DNA of 64,000 nucleotides. Source: Phyllobates terribilis. Taxonomy: Eukaryota. The first letter of the stretch is position 1; every line of letters starts with the position of its first letter. The notes under the pieces are model-generated. The model had not been told where the DNA came from. It searched no databases and worked only from the letters and a program-made list of their open reading frames with translations. The DNA lies in the NCBI RefSeq assembly GCF_046119375.1, contig NW_027362762.1:928388001-928452000 (forward strand), in the 5' to 3' direction. Below, in pieces: positions 61,570 through 64,000 of this stretch. Made by a program: the position numbers and the translations under genes.

Positions 61570-62768
61570 CTGCAGGGAAAGACGATAATTAATGAGTGTG
61601 CAGAGTCACGCAGGGGTTAATATCAGATTACAAGTCATTATCATCAAGGCAGAAATTCTTCTCTAGGTCAAGGGAAAAATAGTTGGCCATTATCACGGCA
61701 GCCAGCCCTGATATCCCACAGAGAAAAGGCAAGATCACTGGATTGTCTGCTTTGGATCAGTTGATTATCGCAAACTGTCAACACAACAGCAAGTGTTCGA
61801 TTTCTCTGCAGTGCCCCCACAGGAGAAATTAAGCATTGCATGGTGCCCATTAAAATAAATATAACCGTTCATTGCTGGGTCCTTCAGAGAGAAAGATTTG
61901 TGAATGTCCCAAATTGAGGATCCTTCTTTACTAATTTGAATATAGGAAAACATGTGGATTTTCCGAGCTGCCGATGGATTGGTAATGAGATCCGGGATAC
62001 ATGAACTATATAAATGCGGTATTATTATTGACGCGTTTTGAAGCTGACACACAGGTATGTATTGTGTGTCTGTGAATGCAATCATTCACTGACAGCAAGC
62101 AGAGATTTTAAAATGAGTGAGAAATTGAAGCGCAAAGTATCTGCCATCTTTCCATTAACTTGCTGCATGGACAAGGAGAACTTTGGGGTCTAGGGTTTTC
62201 ATGGTTTCTCGATTGGGGGGGTTGCATCTATCAGACATATTCCGTAGAAAAACCATGAATGCCTAATTGCAAATTATTGTACACAAGAAAAGTATGGATT
62301 AAATATAAAAGTAAATCCATAAATATGAGGAAAGGGAGAAAAAAAAAGTGCATTGTTGATGGTCTATGAATAAAAGATGGTTTTGTAGAGCGTTTCCACA
62401 AGGAGCCACAGGGGCACGTAAACCCCGTACACGTGATGATCTGCGGCCCACAGGCAGCATCACATATAATAGGAACTGACAAATGCATTTTATTCTGTGC
62501 AATTACTGTCTGATTGCAGAAGCTTCTCCTCTGTAGCACAAGCGGCCAACGAGCGCTGTTCACTTTCAGTGAAGTGTATTACACAGGGTGGGTAGCAATA
62601 GAAGACTTTATTCTAGGGCATGAATGTGAAAGTGCCCCCTTAGATTACTAAAGTCTGAACTGCATAGCAAAACTTAAAAAATAAATAAAATTACCCCCTT
62701 CTCTACAATTTTTGTTCCTTTGCGTCGAAATTTTTAACCTTTAGCCAACTATGTTAAAGGGTTTAAGG

Positions 62769-62954
62769 CAGGGTTCCCCAACTCCAGTCCTCAAGGCCCA
62801 CCAACAGGTCATGTTTTCAGGATTTCCTTAGTATTGAACAGGTGATGTAACTATTGCCTGTGCTGATGATGGAATTATCACCTGTGCAATACTAAGGAAA
62901 TCCTGAAAACATGACCTGTTGGTGGGCCTTGAGGACTGGAGTTGGGGAACCCTG
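62769..62954. mobile_element. Palindromic hAT MITE (186 bp)
   Basis: Long perfect inverted arms; exact 8-bp TSD GTTTAAGG (62761-62768 and 62955-62962). Confidence 0.93.
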
Positions 62955-64000
62955 GTTTAAGGGACCAGATTAAACTGGGGTTCTCTTCACAGGATACACC
63001 CTTAGCTTCCCCTAAAAAAAATGTGTTTCATCATCAGGAAATGACCCAATTATTCAAGTTTTTGTGCTAGCAAAAATACATTTATGTGTTTTTTTTTTTG
63101 CATATCACAATTTGTATTAAAATGGAGATCTTGCAATTTTCACATTGGCCACTAGTTTTTAAACACTAACTTCCTGTGGTATCAGGAAATTCACATGTAC
63201 ATTAGCAGCAATGAACAGATTCTGACCCCGTTTTTCTGTACTAAAGCATCTAATGAGTGTGTGAAAATACCATTGTGAATGGAGGGGGAGCCGTCAGTTT
63301 TGACATCGACTACTGCGATTGGTGTATCCTGCGTTATTAGATGCGACTAGAGTTGTTACCCGTCATTATAACCCTGCCTTTGATAAGGAAACAGCTGTAA
63401 ACTCCTCATGAAAGTACAGGAAGTGTCAGTGTGTAAATTGCAAGATTACTATTTTTTTTTTAACTAAAGATCGGGATATGAAAAAGAAAATAATGCAAAG
63501 AATGTTTAAAAAAATATATAAAAACTGCATGTAATACAAAAACCTGATTTACACAAGAGCTAATTTTCTGACTATACATTCCCTTTAAAAAAGCACTCCC
63601 ATCAAAGTTTGTATCCTCTTACTATATTGAAATCATCATATCATATGGCACTGTGCACTTACAATTGCTCGCTTTGCCTTTCTACCAAGTTCTCCTCTTT
63701 TCTCTGCTCTATATAGATACAGGAAGTCTCTTGTCCCTGCATTTGTCATTCTCCTCTACAACTTCTGACCCAGCTGCTCCCTCCTACCCCCTGCCATAGA
63801 CTTTTGCAGTAACTTATAACTTGTGCAGAGAAAATTGACCTCCTGTTTCTACATAGATCTTAGAAGGATTCAGCTAGTCAGTTTTTAATCACGAGATGTC
63901 ACAGACCTAATGGAAAAGAGAAGAATTAGCTGGGTAGAAAGGCAAAATGAGCAATTGTAAGTACAGAGTGTTCTATATTAGGATGCAATATATTAAGAGG

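Overview
Repeat-dense vertebrate genomic DNA, most likely an anuran amphibian (inferred from the gene and TE repertoire). The right third (46095-61569, minus strand) holds exons 3-8, 10 and 11 of the kinase gene HUNK; exons 1-2 lie beyond the window, and there is a 383-N gap at 48728-49110. The left ~36 kb is a nest of mobile elements. It contains four members of one Gypsy LTR lineage: a partial element at 1-2598, a solo LTR at 6341-7341, a very young non-autonomous element at 10039-14344, and a decayed gag-pol element at 24861-32196. The three with a PBS use tRNA-Ser. It also contains three non-autonomous Helitrons carrying a 67-bp CCAAT-rich palindromic satellite, an intact DD38E Tc1-family transposon, a broken DD34E Tc1, and many MITEs. 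Two candidate undescribed systems stand out. (1) The Gypsy lineage has a conserved 5' leader: a second copy of the PBS 3'-end sequence inside U5 that co-varies with the primer tRNA, U5 stems with compensatory base changes, and a leader ORF running into a splice donor just before gag. (2) The Helitron satellite unit reads like a cell-cycle promoter module (CCAAT, GGCGG-4 nt-TTTAAA, CCAAT), repeated 20-30 times per element. All alignments, counts and coordinates were made by eye; no database search was run.
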